DNA from: an uncultured delta proteobacterium
GTDB taxonomy: Bacteria; Desulfobacterota; Syntrophia; Syntrophales; UBA2192
Assembly: GCA_963705165.1 (NCBI GenBank)
Contig: CAVPJD010000024.1
Coordinates: 128,001-192,000, forward strand
Length of the DNA stretch: 64,000 nucleotides
Direction: 5' to 3'
Both the position numbers and the translations under genes were made by a program. A model generated the notes under the pieces. That model was not told the DNA's origin. It was given only the letters and a program-made list of their open reading frames with translations, and did not search any database. This document shows positions 62,813-64,000 of this stretch, one piece after another (position 1 is the stretch's first letter; each line of letters opens with the position of its first letter).

Positions 62813-63877
62813 CTAGGTGTTCTTCAGGCGCCGATAACCCCAGCAGTTGGCGAAGAAGAACCAGGCAAGCGGCCCCCCCTCGCGAAGGAGCCGTCGGGCG
62901 AGCCGTTTGACGCTGCGATCCTGTCTGCCCACCTTCACGTCGGCAAGATAGACGGCAAGCACTCCTCTCAGGAGCATGCGATGGAACCTGGGGTTGGGCA
63001 GTTCGCCGAGTTCCCGATCCGACACCCGAAAGAAATGGATGAACCGCTCCATCATCTCGCTTTCGCTCCGGTAATGGTCGCAGAAATTGAGCTCCCCGGC
63101 GAGACGATCTTCTTCCCGGTCCACGTAGTAGTCGAGCAGGATGTGAAGCCCCTGGACCCAGGGGAAGTAGGCCTCTTTCATTCGGCCGAGGACCTCGTCG
63201 GAAAGATCGTTTCCCCAGCTCTGCGAGACGAGGGAAAAAACGCCCAGCGTGGATCCGGAGGCGGCGGCAAACTCCTGCCATTGCAAATCCGGAAACCGTT
63301 CGCGGTAGCCGGCAAACCAGGCCTCGAGCCGGGGCCTGACCTCCTCGGCCCTCACGTGCTTGTGGACCTGCAGCTCACTGTAGTAGCCGGCAAGCTCCAC
63401 GAGAAAGGGTGCGATGCGGTCATGGGCGGGATGGTCCTTGAGAACGTTCTGGCAGGTCCGGACGAGGGCAGGCAGGTAGCCCCCGTCGTCTTTTTCCTGC
63501 CGGCAGTGGTAATAATCGCCTGGCTTGGCCCCGGGGGTCAGGGCGTCCGCCAGGGCCGTGTGCAGAATCCGGAAATCCTCCGGGTCGCGCGAGGTGCCGC
63601 GGTCGCAGAGATTGTCCAGGTAGTCGCTGATCGTCTGGTAGGCAATAATGAATCGCATCGTTTCGCGGGCATGTTCCCCCGCGAGCAGCGTGTAGATGCC
63701 GCCGCCTTCGCAATGGAAGGTCTTGGCTTCGATACTCATGAGGGCCTGGCGGCGCAGCTCGGGGTCGGGGATCTTTCTTGCCTTTTCCTTCCAGCCACCG
63801 AGAAAGCGGTTCACGGTTGGCAGGACCCGCGTCATGGCGATATGCGTCAACGATACAAAATTCCCGGGAACGCCCAT
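62813..63877 (-). CDS. Tetraprenyl-beta-curcumene synthase (YtpB/DUF2600)-like terpene synthase
   Basis: KTFHCEGG, YQTISDYLDNLCDR, GSTLG, YFPW..GLHILLDY..D.EED motifs recognised from Bacillus YtpB; ATG after GGAGG. Confidence 0.85.
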   Translation of the reverse strand: MGVPGNFVSLTHIAMTRVLPTVNRFLGGWKEKARKIPDPELRRQALMSIEAKTFHCEGGGIYTLLAGEHARETMRFIIAYQTISDYLDNLCDRGTSRDPEDFRILHTALADALTPGAKPGDYYHCRQEKDDGGYLPALVRTCQNVLKDHPAHDRIAPFLVELAGYYSELQVHKHVRAEEVRPRLEAWFAGYRERFPDLQWQEFAAASGSTLGVFSLVSQSWGNDLSDEVLGRMKEAYFPWVQGLHILLDYYVDREEDRLAGELNFCDHYRSESEMMERFIHFFRVSDRELGELPNPRFHRMLLRGVLAVYLADVKVGRQDRSVKRLARRLLREGGPLAWFFFANCWGYRRLKNT

Positions 63878-63950
63878 CAATGCCTCCGCCGGCACTCTTA
63901 ACACAGGCGCGCGTCCAACACAAGAATGACGGGGCCTAGAAGGACCCCTA

Positions 63951-63999
63951 CCTTGATCTTCCTCTCCCTTGAGGGGAGAGGACTGAGGTGAGGGTGAAT
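63951..63999. repeat. 49-bp palindromic REP-like repeat, last copy
   Basis: One mismatch to 20962-21010. Confidence 0.85.
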
Positions 64000-64000
64000 G

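Overview
A GC-rich bacterial chromosomal window. Gene content (octaheme cytochrome c, rubredoxin, class II RNR, selenoproteins, gatCAB) suggests an anaerobic Deltaproteobacteria/Syntrophales-like organism, which is an inference. Bases 1-8.3 kb are an accessory sulfatase cluster: SulP, two near-identical DUF202 genes, an arylsulfatase and an anaerobic sulfatase maturase. The rest is mostly housekeeping: MrfA/MrfB-like repair genes (the helicase has three frameshifts), mutM, a dacA-ybbR fusion, thyX, mtnA, gatCAB, tatA/B and tatC, PBP1A, ilvBNCD with an attenuator leader peptide, msrAB, hisF, degP, an Mla-type ABC system, gap and nrdJ. The ORF track hides two UGA-recoded selenoprotein candidates. 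The most striking is 41154-42770: a signal peptide and a rhodanese domain with an active-site U-A-U motif (two in-frame TGA codons followed by a SECIS-like hairpin), fused in frame to an eight-CxxCH HAO-like cytochrome c. The second is an AhpE-like seleno-peroxiredoxin at 62163-62705. Also notable are a YtpB-like terpene synthase, many intergenic inverted arrays of 7/8-mer repeats and two REP-like repeat families. No rRNA, tRNA, CRISPR array or transposase was seen.
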